DNA from: Lama guanicoe
Taxonomy: Eukaryota
DNA: 64,000 nt
Reading direction: 5' to 3'
Assembly: GCA_013239625.1 (NCBI GenBank)
Contig: MU053881.1
Coordinates: 8,207,957-8,271,956, forward strand
Positions within the stretch are counted from its first letter, which is position 1; each line of letters starts with the position of its first letter. Below are positions 62,849 through 64,000 of this stretch, piece after piece. The notes under the pieces are model-generated. The model was not told the origin of the DNA and ran no database searches. It saw only the letters and a program-made list of their open reading frames with translations. A program made the translations under genes and the position numbers.

Positions 62849-64000
62849 TTACCCATGAAGCCTTCCTGGAGGAGGAGGCATTTGGTGGGTCTTGAAGAAA
62901 GGGAAGAATTTCTGTGAGTAGAGAGAGAAATGGGTGAGCAGGCTGGGAGGACAGCAGTGACAAGCCTGAGGGACAAAGAAAAGGAATTGACCAGAGTAGA
63001 AGGTTCCCAGCAGTGGGTGGCTGGAGGGAAGGCCAGCTGAGTTAGGACAGTCCGGGACCATGGACATCCCAGTGGCCTCAGAGTTTCCTAGAGCCAGGGC
63101 CTCCTAACATGTGTCCTGGAGCTGCTGTCCGTGGGTGAACTAGAGGGGACAGAGAGCCCGCGGGCAGGGCCAAGGCAGCTTGACACCAAACCTGTGTATT
63201 AGACACATCGAGCTTGGACAAGCTACCCCACATCTTCCCTCTGCGTTCTCCCCAGCAGACTGTGGATGTAGCAGGATGAGCCTCCGGGGGTGATGCTGAG
63301 GGCTGGGCGTTGAGGATGTGCTTGGCCTTTATCAAGGACAAGAAGGTGACAGACGGCTAGGTCGGAGCAGCTGGGCTCTGCCCAGAGTTTGGGGACCTCC
63401 CCCAGCAGAGCCCTGCCCTTCCCACTGACGTTAGCTGTTGGTGGGGGTGGTTTGCTGAAGGGGTGACATTGTTGGTAGGAATGTTGGAACGCTCTGCTGT
63501 GGCCTAAATCAGGGTGGGAGGAAAGAAATGGGAACCCAGAGAATTACCATCTCCAGTCCTTGTCAAGGAGTCGGGTGACAGCAGGTGGTCCCCGGGAAGC
63601 CCCCACGCCCCTTCTGTTACCCATGGAAGGGACCAAGTAAAGGATGTCCCTGCCTGGGTCCTCATGCCAAGCCTGGTGACAGATATTTAGTGCCCTTCAG
63701 CTCTCAATCCTAAAGGGCCCAAGTCTCCAGGAAACTTGTATTAAAAATGGTTTTCCTTCCAAATACTTTTCTCTAAGCAGCCCTGATTCTGCCCTAATAG
63801 CACACTCTTTACCTCACTCAGAAACCTCTCTCAGGCACCTCGTATGGGCCAGGTCCTGGGCTAGGCACAGGGACCACAGAGTTCAGCAAAACACAGTCCA
63901 GGGAAGAAGGCAGATGTGTAAATAAGCAACCGTTGCAAGAGCAGAATAAAATAAGTCTCACAGGAGACGTCAGTGCATGCTGTGGGGACCCTGAAGAACG

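Overview
This is mammalian genomic DNA, not a prokaryotic or viral accessory region. The window lies inside the SLIT3 gene on the + strand. It carries 16 consecutive coding exons (5717..61631, about exons 17-32 by human numbering from memory). All have GT-AG boundaries and splice into one open frame: end of LRR domain D3, LRR domain D4, EGF1-6 (with the [12 protein letters not shown] segment homologous to the Slit cleavage site), and the start of the laminin-G domain. The start and stop codons lie outside the window. The introns hold ordinary interspersed repeats (L1 3' ends, MIR/L2, hAT-Charlie/MER5, MLT1/MLT2, a MER41-like LTR, microsatellites). They also hold five tRNA-Ala(AGC)-derived SINEs that look like the camelid vic-1 family, suggesting camel/alpaca/llama. 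Most ORFs in the supplied track are non-coding noise. I found no convincing previously undescribed biological system. The best leads are modest: a 73-bp near-perfect dispersed duplication, a SINE-L1 composite insertion, splicing-regulatory features at exons ~22, ~26 and ~29, CpG-rich intragenic patches and homeodomain-motif clusters. Repeat family names and repeat boundaries were assigned by eye and are approximate.
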